The notes: generated by a model from the letters alone, not told the origin. A stretch of DNA of 64,000 bases from Candidatus Hydrogenedentales bacterium (GCA_038916785.1 JBCLBO010000002.1:21085-85084), one strand, 5' to 3'. Counted from the first letter of the stretch, positions 47,051 to 57,193 are shown. Translations and numbers: made by a program.

Positions 47051-47742
47051 GCGCGCGCCTCCCGTTCCCACGCCGACACCGCCTCGCGCAACGCGCGCGC
47101 CGCGCCTTCGATCGCGCGGTAATCCTTCGCCACGACCCATTCCGGCTTGCATACACTCGTGCCCACCGCAAGCGCGGCGGCACCCGCGTCGAGAAAGGCG
47201 CCCACTGTTTGCGCCGTCACTCCCCCCGTCGGGACCAGCTTCACCCGCCCGAGCGGCGCGAGCACCTCGCGCACATAAGCCGGGCCCAGTCCGCCCGCCG
47301 GAAATAGTTTAATCAAGTCCGCGCCGAGCAGGTCCGCTGCGTGAATCTCCGTCGGCGTGTACGCGCCGGGCACCACCGCGCAGCCACTTGCGTGCCCCGC
47401 ATCGACCAGTTCCTTCGAGCAAATCGGCGACACGAGAAACGCCGCGCCCGCGTCCGCCGCGCGCCGTGCCTCCTCCGCCGTGAGCACCGTGCCCGCGCCG
47501 ATCAGCGCCCTGCCGCCGAGTTCCGCGGACGCGCGCTGAATCCCCGCGAGCGCGCCGGGCGAGTTCAGCGTGAATTCGATCGACGTGATCCCGCCCGCGG
47601 CGATCGCCGCCGCGAGGGCAGGCAGGTCCGCCGCTGCTTTCGTGCGCACAATCGCGATCAGCCGTCCCGACGCCAGCCTTCGAGTGACTTCGACGATCTC
47701 GTTCATGCGATCAGGATGCACGAGGCGCGAGTGCTCGCTCAA
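47047..47742 (-). CDS. eda: KDPG / 4-hydroxy-2-oxoglutarate aldolase
   Basis: LIAIVR, GITSIEFTLNSP, GAGTVL, FLVSP, PGAYTPTEI, IKLFPA (Schiff-base Lys), VPTGGV. An alternative start lies at 47706. Confidence 0.85.
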   Translation of the reverse strand: MSEHSRLVHPDRMNEIVEVTRRLASGRLIAIVRTKAAADLPALAAAIAAGGITSIEFTLNSPGALAGIQRASAELGGRALIGAGTVLTAEEARRAADAGAAFLVSPICSKELVDAGHASGCAVVPGAYTPTEIHAADLLGADLIKLFPAGGLGPAYVREVLAPLGRVKLVPTGGVTAQTVGAFLDAGAAALAVGTSVCKPEWVVAKDYRAIEGAARALREAVSAWEREARA

Positions 47743-47998
47743 CCTGCGGGACCGGTGCGGCGCCCTTGTGAAAATCGGGGTGTCCGGCGATAATGAGGGA
47801 TGACGTGGCTTTGATGAAGCCTTCGGAGCCGTTGGTTGTGACTCTTCGCAATGGGGTGCGAACTGGCTCCGGAATCAGCGGGATTCGATTTACCGGCAAC
47901 GTAGTGAATGGCACTTTAATCGAGGACGCTTACATCTATCGGTCGACCTGAGTCAGTTCCCCGTCGCGGAACTGCAACGTCGCGTTCGGCCTTTCGCT

Positions 47999-48191
47999 CT
48001 AAATAGCCGGTGATCAATCTGAGACACTGGTGTGTTCTCCACGCCGGAACCTTCACTTTTGTCATTCTGAGCGGTAGCGAAGAATCTCCCCGCCGGTCCG
48101 CCGAAAGACATACCCTGATCTGGCCGCAACGGGCCCAGCGCGATCTATTTCTGCACAGTGAAGTGATCCAGGTATACCACCGGCTATTTAG
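47999..48191 (+). mobile_element. 193-bp MITE-like element, copy 1
   Basis: Terminal inverted repeats CTAAATAGCCGGTG (47999-48012) and CACCGGCTATTTAG (48178-48191). It has no coding capacity and appears identical to the reverse complement of 62604-62796. TA is present at both junctions. Confidence 0.8.
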
Positions 48192-48261
48192 ATGAGAAGC
48201 ATGATCTGAGATGGCTTCGGCTTGCGTGTCTCGGCGTTCCTTGCGTACTCTGTTCAATCGT

Positions 48262-49422
48262 ATGCGCGACGATTTTCATAACGAACTCGACCGGCTCGAC
48301 GCCGAGGGACTGCGGCGCCGGTTGCACGCCTTGCCCGAAGCGGGCGGACTGCTCGAGATCGACGGCCGGCCCGTGATCAATTTCTCGTCGAACGACTACC
48401 TGGATCTCGCGAACGACCCGCGTCTCAAGCGCGCGGGACAAGAGGCCATCGAGCGCTTCGGCTCCGGCGCGACGGCCTCGCGGCTGATGACCGGCCACCT
48501 GGACCTGCACGAGACGCTCGAGGCGCAACTCGCGGCGCTCACGCATCACGAGGCCGCGCTCGTGTTTCCCAGCGGATACCAGGCGAACGTAGGCGCGTTG
48601 CAGGCGCTCGCAGGCCCCGGCGACGCGATTTTTTCCGACGCGCTCAACCACGCGAGCCTGGTGGACGGCTGCCGCCTATCGCGCGCGCAGGTCCATATAT
48701 ATAGGCACGCGGATGTTGCCCACCTCGCAGCGCTGCTCCGCACCTGTGACACGCCGGGCCGCCGCATCGTGATCACGGACGCGGTCTTTAGCATGGACGG
48801 CGACCTCGCCCCGCTGCGCGAAGTAGCGGAGGCCGCGCATGCGCACGACGCGTTCCTCTATGTCGACGAAGCGCACGGCTTCGGCATCTACGGCGCAGGC
48901 GCGGGACTCAGCGCCGAATTCGGCGTGAAGCCAGACGCGATCTCGGCCAATCTCGCCAAGGCCCTCGGCGGCGGCGGCGGATTCGTCGCCGGTTCGGCGG
49001 AGTTCATCGATCTGCTCGTGAACCGCGCGCGCAGCTTTATCTTCTCCACTGGGCTCGCGCCGGCTTGCGTGGGCGCGGGGATCGAGGCCGCGCGCATCGT
49101 GATGACCGAGCCGGGCCTCGGCGCGGAATTGCTCGCGCGCGCCGCGTTCTTCCGCGCGGAGCTGCGGCGCGCGGGCGTCGACGTGCCCGATCACCGCTCC
49201 GCCATCATCCCGATCATCGTCGGGTCGAACGAAACGGCATTGGCACTCTCCGACGCACTCTTCGAGCGCGGCATCCTCGAGACCGCCATCCGTCCGCCTT
49301 CGGTCCCCTACGGCACCGCGCGCCTGCGCCTCTCGGTCACGCTCGCGCACACCCGCGACGACCTCGCGCGCGCGGCGCAGACCATCGCGGAGGTGCTGCA
49401 CGCCGCGAAGGTCAAGAACTGA
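48262..49422 (+). CDS. bioF: 8-amino-7-oxononanoate synthase
   Basis: Start chosen at [12 protein letters not shown] (the ORF opens at 48211). Motifs: [21 protein letters not shown], and the PLP-lysine region [11 protein letters not shown]. Confidence 0.9.
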   Translation: MRDDFHNELDRLDAEGLRRRLHALPEAGGLLEIDGRPVINFSSNDYLDLANDPRLKRAGQEAIERFGSGATASRLMTGHLDLHETLEAQLAALTHHEAALVFPSGYQANVGALQALAGPGDAIFSDALNHASLVDGCRLSRAQVHIYRHADVAHLAALLRTCDTPGRRIVITDAVFSMDGDLAPLREVAEAAHAHDAFLYVDEAHGFGIYGAGAGLSAEFGVKPDAISANLAKALGGGGGFVAGSAEFIDLLVNRARSFIFSTGLAPACVGAGIEAARIVMTEPGLGAELLARAAFFRAELRRAGVDVPDHRSAIIPIIVGSNETALALSDALFERGILETAIRPPSVPYGTARLRLSVTLAHTRDDLARAAQTIAEVLHAAKVKN

Positions 49423-49426
49423 TTCA

Positions 49427-49644
49427 CCACGAAGGACACGAAGGACACGAAGAAACCACCAAACACCGTCGTTACGAGGAGCACCCCCTGCATCGTCATG
49501 CGAGGAGCGCGGTTGCGACGAAGCAATCTCTTCGGCCCGCGCCCGCGCGATCGTGATGTTGCCAGACCGCAAGATTGCTTCGTCGCTCCGCTCCTCGCAA
49601 TGACGATGTTGAGGCCCCCTTCGCGTTCTTCGTGTCCTTCGTGG
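49427..49644. repeat. Nested palindrome with 9-nt-periodic arms (CACGAAGGA type) inside the bio operon
   Basis: Outer arms: CCACGAAGGACACGAAGGACACGAAGAA (49427-54) and TTCTTCGTGTCCTTCGTGG (49626-44). Inner arms: 49495-49530 and 49571-49604 (GTCATGCGAGGAGCG..GCGACGAAGCAATCTC and its complement). Confidence 0.8.
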
Positions 49645-49701
49645 TTCAATAGTCCCGATCCCAATTCATCCTCATTCACCTGTGGCTGATTGTTGCCCTC
49701 A

Positions 49702-50430
49702 ATGACTTCGCGCGGCTACTTCATCACCGGCACGGACACCGGCGTCGGCAAGACGGCGGTGACCGCCGCGATCCTGCGCCTGCTGCGCGCGCGGGGGGTG
49801 AACGCGGCGACGATGAAGCCGGTGCAAACCGGCGCGGTCCTGTGCGACGGCATGTGGATGGCGCCGGACCTCGCGCTGCACCACGCCGGCGCGGGGTTCC
49901 GGCCGCCGGTCGAGCATATCCGGCTCATGCAGCCGTATTGCTACGAGCCCGCGTGTTCGCCACATCTCGCCGGGCGCATGGCGGGACACTATCCCGAACT
50001 CGCGCAGATCGAGGCGAACGCGCGGCAACTTCTCCATCTATACGATATCCTGTTGCTCGAGGGCGCGGGCGGCATTTACGCGCCGCTCACGGAGACCGAA
50101 ACGACGCTCGATCTCATGCGGCGGCTGGCGATGCCGGTGATCCTCGTGGCTCGGCGCGGGCTGGGCACCATCAACCACACGCTGCTGTCGCTCGATGTCT
50201 TGCGGCGCGCGGGCTTGAGCGTGGCGGGCGTCATTTTCAATGAAACGGAGAACGTGCCCGTGGACTTCATCCGCGCGGACAACCCGCGCGCGATCGAGGC
50301 TTTCGGCAAGGTCCCGATATTGGGTAACATGGACCACTTGCCCGGATTCGACGCGGATCCGGGCAAGGCGTTGCGCGGTTCCGAACGATTTTTCCCGGGG
50401 CTCGCGACGATTTTTCCCGAACTGGGATGA
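49702..50430 (+). CDS. bioD: Dethiobiotin synthetase
   Basis: Start at MTSRGYFITGTDTGVGKT (P-loop). LLEGAGG follows. Confidence 0.9.
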   Translation: MTSRGYFITGTDTGVGKTAVTAAILRLLRARGVNAATMKPVQTGAVLCDGMWMAPDLALHHAGAGFRPPVEHIRLMQPYCYEPACSPHLAGRMAGHYPELAQIEANARQLLHLYDILLLEGAGGIYAPLTETETTLDLMRRLAMPVILVARRGLGTINHTLLSLDVLRRAGLSVAGVIFNETENVPVDFIRADNPRAIEAFGKVPILGNMDHLPGFDADPGKALRGSERFFPGLATIFPELG

Positions 50431-51755
50431 AGCCGATGGCGATTCACACGGACACGCTGCAAGACCTGGACTATCGCCACTTGTGGCATCCCTACACCGG
50501 CGCGAACGCCTACGAGGCGGCGCCGTGGACCTGTTTCGAGCGGGGCGAAGGCGTGTACTTGTACGACCGCGAGGGCCGCGCGGTGCTCGACGGCATTGCG
50601 TCCTGGTGGGCGGTCGCGCTGGGGCACAGTCATCCCCGGATCGTCGCCGCGATCCGCGCGCAGGCGGGCGTGCTGCAGCACGCGATCCTCGGCAATCAGA
50701 CGCATCCGCTCGCGGTGAAACTCGCCGCGCGCCTCGCGCAGATGACCCCGGCGGGCCTGACGCGCTGCTATTTCGCCTCCGATGGCGCAAGCGCGACCGA
50801 AGCCGCGCTGAAAATCGCGATCCAGTATTGGCACAACAAAGGCGTGCGCGGGAAAACCCGCTTCGTCGCGCTCGACGAGGGCTACCACGGCGACACGCTC
50901 GGCGCGGTCGGCGTCGGCTTCGTGCCGAGCTTTCATGCGCCCTTCGACGGTGCGGTCGTGAAGTCCTTCGTCGCGCCCACGCCGCACCGCGCGGGCAATC
51001 CCGACGATGGCGCGGACCGCGCGCACGCGCTCGAAGCCTTCGCGGCGATGGAGCGGATCGTCGACGAGCACGAATCGGCGATTGCGGGAATCATCCTCGA
51101 ACCGCTCTGCCAGGGCGCGGCGGGCATCCGCATCTATCACCCCGAATACCTGCGCCGCGTGCGCGCACTGTGCGACGCGCGCGGGCTGCTGCTGATTGCC
51201 GACGAGATCGCGGTCGGCTTCGGCCGCACGGGCGGCGTGTTTGCCTGCGACGTCGCCGGCATCGCGCCCGATATCCTGTGCATGGGCAAGGCGCTGACGG
51301 GCGGCACGCTGCCGATGAGCGCCGCGATCGTCACCGACGCGATCTACGACACCTTCCGCAGCGAGCCTGGCCGCGACCGCACCTTCTACGACGGCCACAC
51401 CTTCTGCGGCAACCCGATCACGAGCGCGGCCGCGCTCGCCTTCCTCGACGCCTTCGAGCAGGAGCGCGTGATGGACAAGGTCGCCGCGCGCGCGCCGCAG
51501 CTGGCTGAGGGCATGGCCCGCCTCGCGCGAAATTCTGCCGTGCACTTTCATAAATCGCTCGGGATGATCGGCATGGTCGCGCTCACGGCGGAGTCCGGCG
51601 GCCCCGCGCTCGCCCAGCAGATCGCGCGACGCGCGCTCGATGGCGGCCTTTTCATCCGCCCGCTGGGAAGTGTGCTGTACCTCTGGCCGCCGCTGAGCAC
51701 CACCGAATCCGAACTGGATCGAATGCTCGAACTATTCGCGCGCGCAATGCCGTAG
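50427..51755 (+). CDS. bioA: Adenosylmethionine-8-amino-7-oxononanoate aminotransferase
   Basis: LWHPYT, the DEIAVGFGRTG motif, and the PLP lysine in CMGKALTGG. It overlaps the bioD stop (ATGA). Confidence 0.95.
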   Translation: MKPMAIHTDTLQDLDYRHLWHPYTGANAYEAAPWTCFERGEGVYLYDREGRAVLDGIASWWAVALGHSHPRIVAAIRAQAGVLQHAILGNQTHPLAVKLAARLAQMTPAGLTRCYFASDGASATEAALKIAIQYWHNKGVRGKTRFVALDEGYHGDTLGAVGVGFVPSFHAPFDGAVVKSFVAPTPHRAGNPDDGADRAHALEAFAAMERIVDEHESAIAGIILEPLCQGAAGIRIYHPEYLRRVRALCDARGLLLIADEIAVGFGRTGGVFACDVAGIAPDILCMGKALTGGTLPMSAAIVTDAIYDTFRSEPGRDRTFYDGHTFCGNPITSAAALAFLDAFEQERVMDKVAARAPQLAEGMARLARNSAVHFHKSLGMIGMVALTAESGGPALAQQIARRALDGGLFIRPLGSVLYLWPPLSTTESELDRMLELFARAMP

Positions 51756-52528
51756 GGGCGACCCTCCCAACCGCGCGCCCGCAGATGACACCGATAGACA
51801 CAGCGGACCCCTGTCGACTCTGGTCGCGGCGGGCGTCCTCGCCCGCGTGTGTTTGAGGTGAAGTCGCGCCCGGTGGTCTCTCCAGGTTCCCTCTATATGT
51901 ATGCGCGTCTTGTTGCACTCGGGGAAAGTGCGGGTGCGAAACAAGGGGCGGTCGAACACTACTCTCGAGATTTCAGAGTTGAGATTTCGGAACTCTTAGT
52001 CGGGACGGGGCTTGGCGGTTCAGCATGTAGCGCGACGGCGAAGCGGCGGGACGCCGCTTCCACTATAGCTGCAGTTGCTAAACAAGGGAGAAGGATGTTT
52101 TATTGTTTTTAGCAGCGATAAATTCCATAAGACCTAGATCCCTTTGCTTCCCGGTCCATGCTGACGGGTGAGTCCGCGTGCTATCGAGGGCAACGCACGT
52201 GGCCGCGATTTCCTCATCCCCTAGAGCATTTTAACAAATCTATCGATACGATCGGGACCAGACTCCTTTCATTTTTATTGCGGTTATCGGTGTCCATCTG
52301 TATCTATCGGTGGATAATTTGCTCTAGCCTCCTTTTCCGGAGACCCGAGACTGCCAAATCTCTACCCTTACCAATGGGCTCCTTCACGGGGGAGGCATCG
52401 ATCGGACTCCACGTTACTAGAGATGACTCGTGTCGATGGTGCCCTCCACCGCTATGAATGAAACGGGGCCTCGTGAATGTTCACGATCGATTTGTTGCGA
52501 CGTGCGGAAGTCTTCGGCGGGGACGAGA

Positions 52529-55456
52529 TCAGGTCGCCGTCGAACATGCTGCCCCGCACTCGAGGGCCGATCCGAGGCGCTCGACTGGCGGTAGAAGCAC
52601 ATGGACGGCGCCGTCTTCGAGTTTCACTTTGAAGACCTGTATGCGCAGATCGCCTCCGGAAAGGCACCGGCCGGACTCGAGCGAGAACTGCTTCTTGTGT
52701 TGCGGGCAGGCGACTTTGGGTTCGCCTGCCTTGTCGCCGAGGAGGCCGCGGGCAAGGACCATGTCGCGTTTGTGGGGGCAGAGGTTTTGCGTGGCGTACC
52801 ACTCGCCGCGCCGGGAAAAGTTGAACACGGCGATCTGCGCGTTCCCGTATTCCACGGCGATACCGCGGCCTTCGGGGAAGTCGGCGATTTCGCCGGCCCT
52901 CCACCACGCGGCGCCGCCGTTCGTGGCGTCTGCAATCGCCGGATCGGGCATCTGCGGCCGATCGGCCGGCCGTTTCTGTCCGCGCTCGCGCACGAAGCGG
53001 AGATCGGGATCGGGGGCGGGGGTGCCGGCGAAATGTTTGAAGAGGGCGCGTTTGACGGGATTCTCGACCACGGCCTTCCATTCGCAGGCGTAGGTAGCGA
53101 CGAGTTTGGCCATGTCCGCTTCGAGCGTTTCGCAAATTCGGAGCGAATCATTTACGACAACCTGTCTGAGGTGCTCGATCCCTCCTTCGAGCTTCTCGAG
53201 CCAGACCGAAGTGCGCGTGAGCGGATCGGCCGTGAGGATGTAGTACATGAGCAGGCGGTCCATAAACCGGATCGCAGTCTCTTCGTCTACGTCGGCGGCG
53301 AGCAGATCGGCGTGGCGCGGCCTGGCGCCGCCGTTTCCGCAGACGTAGAGGTTCCAGCCTTTTTCCGTGGCCACGAGGCCGACGTCTTTGCTCTGCGCCT
53401 CGGCGCATTCACGGACGCAGCCCGACACGGCGAACTTCAGTTTGTGCGGCGCGCGGATGCCCCGGTAGCGCTCTTCGATGCGAATGGCGAAGGCGGTAGA
53501 GTCCTGGACGCCGTAGCGGCACCAGGTCTGCCCGACGCAGCTTTTCACCGTGCGCACGGCCTTACCGTAGGCATGTCCGCTCTCGAATCCGGCGGCGATG
53601 AGCGCCTCCCAGATTTCGGGCAACTGGCCGACCCGCGCGCCGAGGAGGTCGATTCGCTGGCCGCCGGTGATTTTGCAGTAGAGGTCGTATTTCTTGGCGA
53701 TCGTGCCCAGGGCGATGAGTTTCTCGGGGGTAATCTCGCCACCGGGCACTCGCGGGACGATCGAATAGGAACCGCCCCGCTGGATGTTCGCCAGGAAGCG
53801 ATCGTTGGTGTCCTGAATCTCCGTCTGCTCGATGATGGGCGCGTTCCACAGGCTCGCGAGGATGGAAGCGACTACGGGTTTGCATACTTCGCAGCCGTCG
53901 CCCGTGCCGAGGGCGTCGAGCGCCTCGTCGAAGGTTTTCACGCGGCGGATTTTCACGGCGTGCAGGAGGTCCTTGCGCGACATCGCGAAGTGTTCGCATA
54001 CCGTGTTTTTCTGCAAGATGCCTAGCGCCTTCAACTCAGTCTTGAGAATTTCTTTGACGAGCGGCAGGCAGCCGCCGCATCCAGTGCCCGCCTGGGTGCA
54101 TGCCTGGAGCGCACCGAGTTCGTGCGTGCCGTCGCGGATGCGTGCGCGGATCGTCCCCTTGCCGACGTTGTGACAGGAGCACACGGGGGCCGCATCGGAC
54201 AGGAGGCCGGCCGCGGCCCCCGGCGCGTTCGCGTCGAAGAGACTCGCCACGGGGACGCCGAGCGGATCGCCGGTGCGGGCGTGGTGCGCGAGGAGCTCGA
54301 ACGCGGACACGTCGCCGACGAGAATTCCCCCGATCACGCGGCGCCCGTCCTCGCCGAGCACGACTTTGGAGTAGACGCCCTTCGCCGGGTCCTTGTGTTC
54401 GAAGACTTGCTGCGACTCGCCACTGGCGAAGGGATCGCCTACGCTGGCGACGTCCACCCCGAGCAGCTTGAGTTTGGTAGACAGATCGCTACCGTTGAAC
54501 GTCGCCTCGCCGCCCGCCAGGCGGCGGGCCAGTGTCTCGGCCATCTGGTAGCCGGGCGCGACCAGGCCGTACACTATGCCGCGGTGACACGCGACCTCGC
54601 CGATCGCGTGAATGGACGGGTCGCTCGATTCGAGCGCGTCGTTCACCACGACGCCGCCGCGCGCGCCGATTTCGAGGCCGCAGGCGCGCGCGAGTTCGTC
54701 CCGCGGCTGAATGCCTGCCGAGACCACCACCATGTCTACGTGGAGTATCTCGCCGCCGGCAAAGCGCAGGCCGGTGACCGCGCCATTTCCGGTGACGGCC
54801 TCTGTGGAATGATTCACACGCACCTTCACGCCGCGGCGTTCGATTTCGCGCGCGAGATACGAGCCGCCCGTTTCGTCCAACTGCCGAGGCATGAGCCGCT
54901 CGGCCCGCTCGACCACGTGAGTATCCAGTCCCAGGTCCTGCACGGCCTTGGCCGCTTCCAGGCCGAGCAAGCCGCCGCCGATGACGGCCGCGGATCGGCA
55001 CTGGGACGCATAGGCGATGATCGCATCGAGATCGTCGAGGGTGCGGTAAAGGAAAACTCCTTTTCGGTCGATTCCCTCTGTGGGCGGGACGAATGGCCGC
55101 GAGCCCGTGGCAAGCACGAGACGACCATACCGGAGGGAGCGGCCGGAGTCCGTGAAGACTTCCTTCGCGGCGCGATCGATGCGGGCCACGCGTTCTCCGA
55201 GCAACAGATCGATGCCGTGATCGCTATACCACTGCGGCGCGGCCAGCAGGAGCCGCTCGGCGCTGCGCTCGAGGAAATAGCTGGTCAACCGGACGCGGTC
55301 GTAGGCCGGCCAGCGCTCCTCCCCGATCACGGTGATGCGGATACGGTGGGCGGCGTCGAGGTCGCGGAGCGCTGCGCAAAAACGGTGGCTGGCCATGCCA
55401 TTGCCAACGACCAGCACATCGGTTTCCGCAGACTGTGTCGAGACCGGTGGCATCAC
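52529..55456 (-). CDS. nirB: NAD(P)H-dependent assimilatory nitrite reductase, NirB large subunit fused to a NirD-like small subunit
   Basis: N-terminal FAD/NAD fold (VLVVGNGMASHRF). BFD-like 2Fe-2S (CSCHNV...CGGC). Siroheme/4Fe-4S region (SCVGQTWCRYG ... SGCVRECAEAQ). C-terminal Rieske-like NirD (GEWYATQNLCPHKRDMVLARG...CPQHKKQF). Confidence 0.9.
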   Translation of the reverse strand: MMPPVSTQSAETDVLVVGNGMASHRFCAALRDLDAAHRIRITVIGEERWPAYDRVRLTSYFLERSAERLLLAAPQWYSDHGIDLLLGERVARIDRAAKEVFTDSGRSLRYGRLVLATGSRPFVPPTEGIDRKGVFLYRTLDDLDAIIAYASQCRSAAVIGGGLLGLEAAKAVQDLGLDTHVVERAERLMPRQLDETGGSYLAREIERRGVKVRVNHSTEAVTGNGAVTGLRFAGGEILHVDMVVVSAGIQPRDELARACGLEIGARGGVVVNDALESSDPSIHAIGEVACHRGIVYGLVAPGYQMAETLARRLAGGEATFNGSDLSTKLKLLGVDVASVGDPFASGESQQVFEHKDPAKGVYSKVVLGEDGRRVIGGILVGDVSAFELLAHHARTGDPLGVPVASLFDANAPGAAAGLLSDAAPVCSCHNVGKGTIRARIRDGTHELGALQACTQAGTGCGGCLPLVKEILKTELKALGILQKNTVCEHFAMSRKDLLHAVKIRRVKTFDEALDALGTGDGCEVCKPVVASILASLWNAPIIEQTEIQDTNDRFLANIQRGGSYSIVPRVPGGEITPEKLIALGTIAKKYDLYCKITGGQRIDLLGARVGQLPEIWEALIAAGFESGHAYGKAVRTVKSCVGQTWCRYGVQDSTAFAIRIEERYRGIRAPHKLKFAVSGCVRECAEAQSKDVGLVATEKGWNLYVCGNGGARPRHADLLAADVDEETAIRFMDRLLMYYILTADPLTRTSVWLEKLEGGIEHLRQVVVNDSLRICETLEADMAKLVATYACEWKAVVENPVKRALFKHFAGTPAPDPDLRFVRERGQKRPADRPQMPDPAIADATNGGAAWWRAGEIADFPEGRGIAVEYGNAQIAVFNFSRRGEWYATQNLCPHKRDMVLARGLLGDKAGEPKVACPQHKKQFSLESGRCLSGGDLRIQVFKVKLEDGAVHVLLPPVERLGSALECGAACSTAT

Positions 55457-55484
55457 CCACGCTCCAGGGATTACTTACGCAAAG

Positions 55485-55500
55485 AGCAATCGTCGTACCA
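55485..55500 (-). promoter_or_regulatory. Putative sigma-54 (-24/-12) promoter for nirBD
   Basis: The minus strand reads TGGTAC-N5-TTGCT (consensus TGGCAC-N5-TTGCW), about 30 nt upstream of the nirB ATG, with GGAG between. Confidence 0.4.
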
Positions 55501-55774
55501 CCGCGGGAACGAGCCTGATCGGGATCCGGGAATTCAGCGATACGCCCGTAAAGCGCAAGTCCAAGACCGGTCAATTTGTTAAAATAGCCGTAAATATGGA
55601 GTTGAGTTGATACTGAAATGTTGAATATCTACATTTTAGTTACGGATTAGTAGTATATCGCTCCAGTCGTGCGATGCTGTTTTGGTGTCTCCGCGACTCG
55701 CTCGAACCCTCCTCCTCCCATTTTCTGACGGCCGAATCGCAGGAACACTTGTTTATACGTAGTAGGAATATGTC

Positions 55775-55790
55775 TGGCACGCTTTCTGCT
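55775..55790 (+). promoter_or_regulatory. Putative sigma-54 (-24/-12) promoter for narK-nasA
   Basis: TGGCAC-GCTTT-CTGCT has correct GG/GC spacing and lies 54 nt upstream of the narK ATG. Confidence 0.5.
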
Positions 55791-55843
55791 TTCGGAGGAT
55801 TCACTCGCGGTGACTTTCACAGAAGTTCGGAGAGCCATGAACA

Positions 55844-57193
55844 ATGTATAGCCGGAACAAGGCGACGCGAATACAGCTTTTCTCGCTCGGCACGATTCAG
55901 ATGAGGACCTTCCATCTGACCTGGCTGGCTTTTTTCTTGTGCTTCATCGCGTGGTTCGGGATTGCGCCGCTGATGCCGATCATTCGAGAGGAGTTCCACC
56001 TTACCAAGGCGCAGATCGGCAACACGATCATCGCATCCGTGGCGGCGACGATTCTCGCGCGCTTGATCTGCGGGTGGTGCTGCGATCGCTTTGGACCCCG
56101 GCGGACCTATGCGTGGCTGTTGATGCTGGGTGCGATTCCGGTGATGGGTATCGGACTCGCGCATGACTATCCGACCTTTCTGCTTTTTCGACTGGGCATC
56201 AGTGTGATCGGCGCATCGTTCGTGGTTACTCAGTTCCACACCACCATGATGTTTGCGCCCAATTGCGTGGGGACTGCCAACGCCACCACGGCGGGCTGGG
56301 GCAATCTGGGCGGCGGCGTGACGCAGATGATCATGCCTGTTGTTTTCAGCGGCTTCGTCGCCTTGGGACTGAGCGCGCACGGCGGATGGCGCGCCGCGAT
56401 GTTCGTGAGCGGGCTGATTTGTTTCGTGATGGGCATCGTCTACTACCTCTTCACGCGGGACACTCCCGATGGCGACTTCCGCGATCTGCGCGCCTCGGGG
56501 CGGATGTCCGAGGCGAAGGCGAACAAGGGCGCGTTTCTCGAGGCCTGCCGGGACCCGCGCGTGTGGGCGTTGTTCCTCGTGTACGGGGCGAGCTTCGGCG
56601 TGGAAATCACACTGGACAACGTGGCGGCTTTGTATTTCGTCGACTATTTCGACCTCGGCATTCACAGCGCCGGCGCCGTGGCGGCGAGTTTCGGCCTGCT
56701 CAACCTCTTCGCGCGGACCTTGGGGGGAGTATTCGGGGATCGCTGCGGCCGGCGGTGGGGGCTGAAAGGCCGCGTGCGCTGGTTGGCGGTGGTGCTGGTG
56801 GCGGAGGCCGTGGCGCTCATGGTTTTCTCGCGGATGACGATGCTTCCGCTGGCCATCGCCGCGATGCTCGTGTTCGGGCTGTTCGTGTGCATGGGCTGCG
56901 GCGCGACCTTTGCCGTGACGCCCTTTATCAACAAGCGCGCGATTGGGCCGGTGGCCGGGATCGTCGGCGCGGGCGGAAATGTGGGCGCGCTACTCTCGGG
57001 ATTCCTATTCAGGATGGAGGCGCTGGACTGGCCCCAGGCCTTCCTCATCCTTGGAGGCGTCGTGTTGGTGTGCTCCGGATTCACGGCGTTCGTCCGCTTT
57101 TCTCCGCAGGACGAAGCCAGCGCGAAGCGGGAGATCGAAGAGCGGATGGTCGCGACGCCGCAGCCGCAGCCGGCCCTGGCTACCTCGCGGTAG
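55844..57193 (+). CDS. narK: MFS nitrate/nitrite transporter (NarK/NrtP type)
   Basis: 12-TM MFS. N-terminal LFSLGTIQMRTFHLTWLAFFLCFIAWFGIAPLMP and the nitrate-signature-like GWGNLGGG / GAGGNVG motifs. Confidence 0.9.
   Translation: MYSRNKATRIQLFSLGTIQMRTFHLTWLAFFLCFIAWFGIAPLMPIIREEFHLTKAQIGNTIIASVAATILARLICGWCCDRFGPRRTYAWLLMLGAIPVMGIGLAHDYPTFLLFRLGISVIGASFVVTQFHTTMMFAPNCVGTANATTAGWGNLGGGVTQMIMPVVFSGFVALGLSAHGGWRAAMFVSGLICFVMGIVYYLFTRDTPDGDFRDLRASGRMSEAKANKGAFLEACRDPRVWALFLVYGASFGVEITLDNVAALYFVDYFDLGIHSAGAVAASFGLLNLFARTLGGVFGDRCGRRWGLKGRVRWLAVVLVAEAVALMVFSRMTMLPLAIAAMLVFGLFVCMGCGATFAVTPFINKRAIGPVAGIVGAGGNVGALLSGFLFRMEALDWPQAFLILGGVVLVCSGFTAFVRFSPQDEASAKREIEERMVATPQPQPALATSR

Noticed and set aside
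47916-48257. 113-aa ORF, and the 61/67-aa MINLRHWCVLHAG... ORFs
   Set aside because: They lie within or across the 193-bp MITE copies. Their identical sequence reflects element identity, not a conserved protein. They have no start context.
48192-48261. BirA operator (bioO) upstream of bioF
   Set aside because: No TTGTAAACC...GGTTTACAA-type inverted repeat is present. The region directly abuts the MITE.
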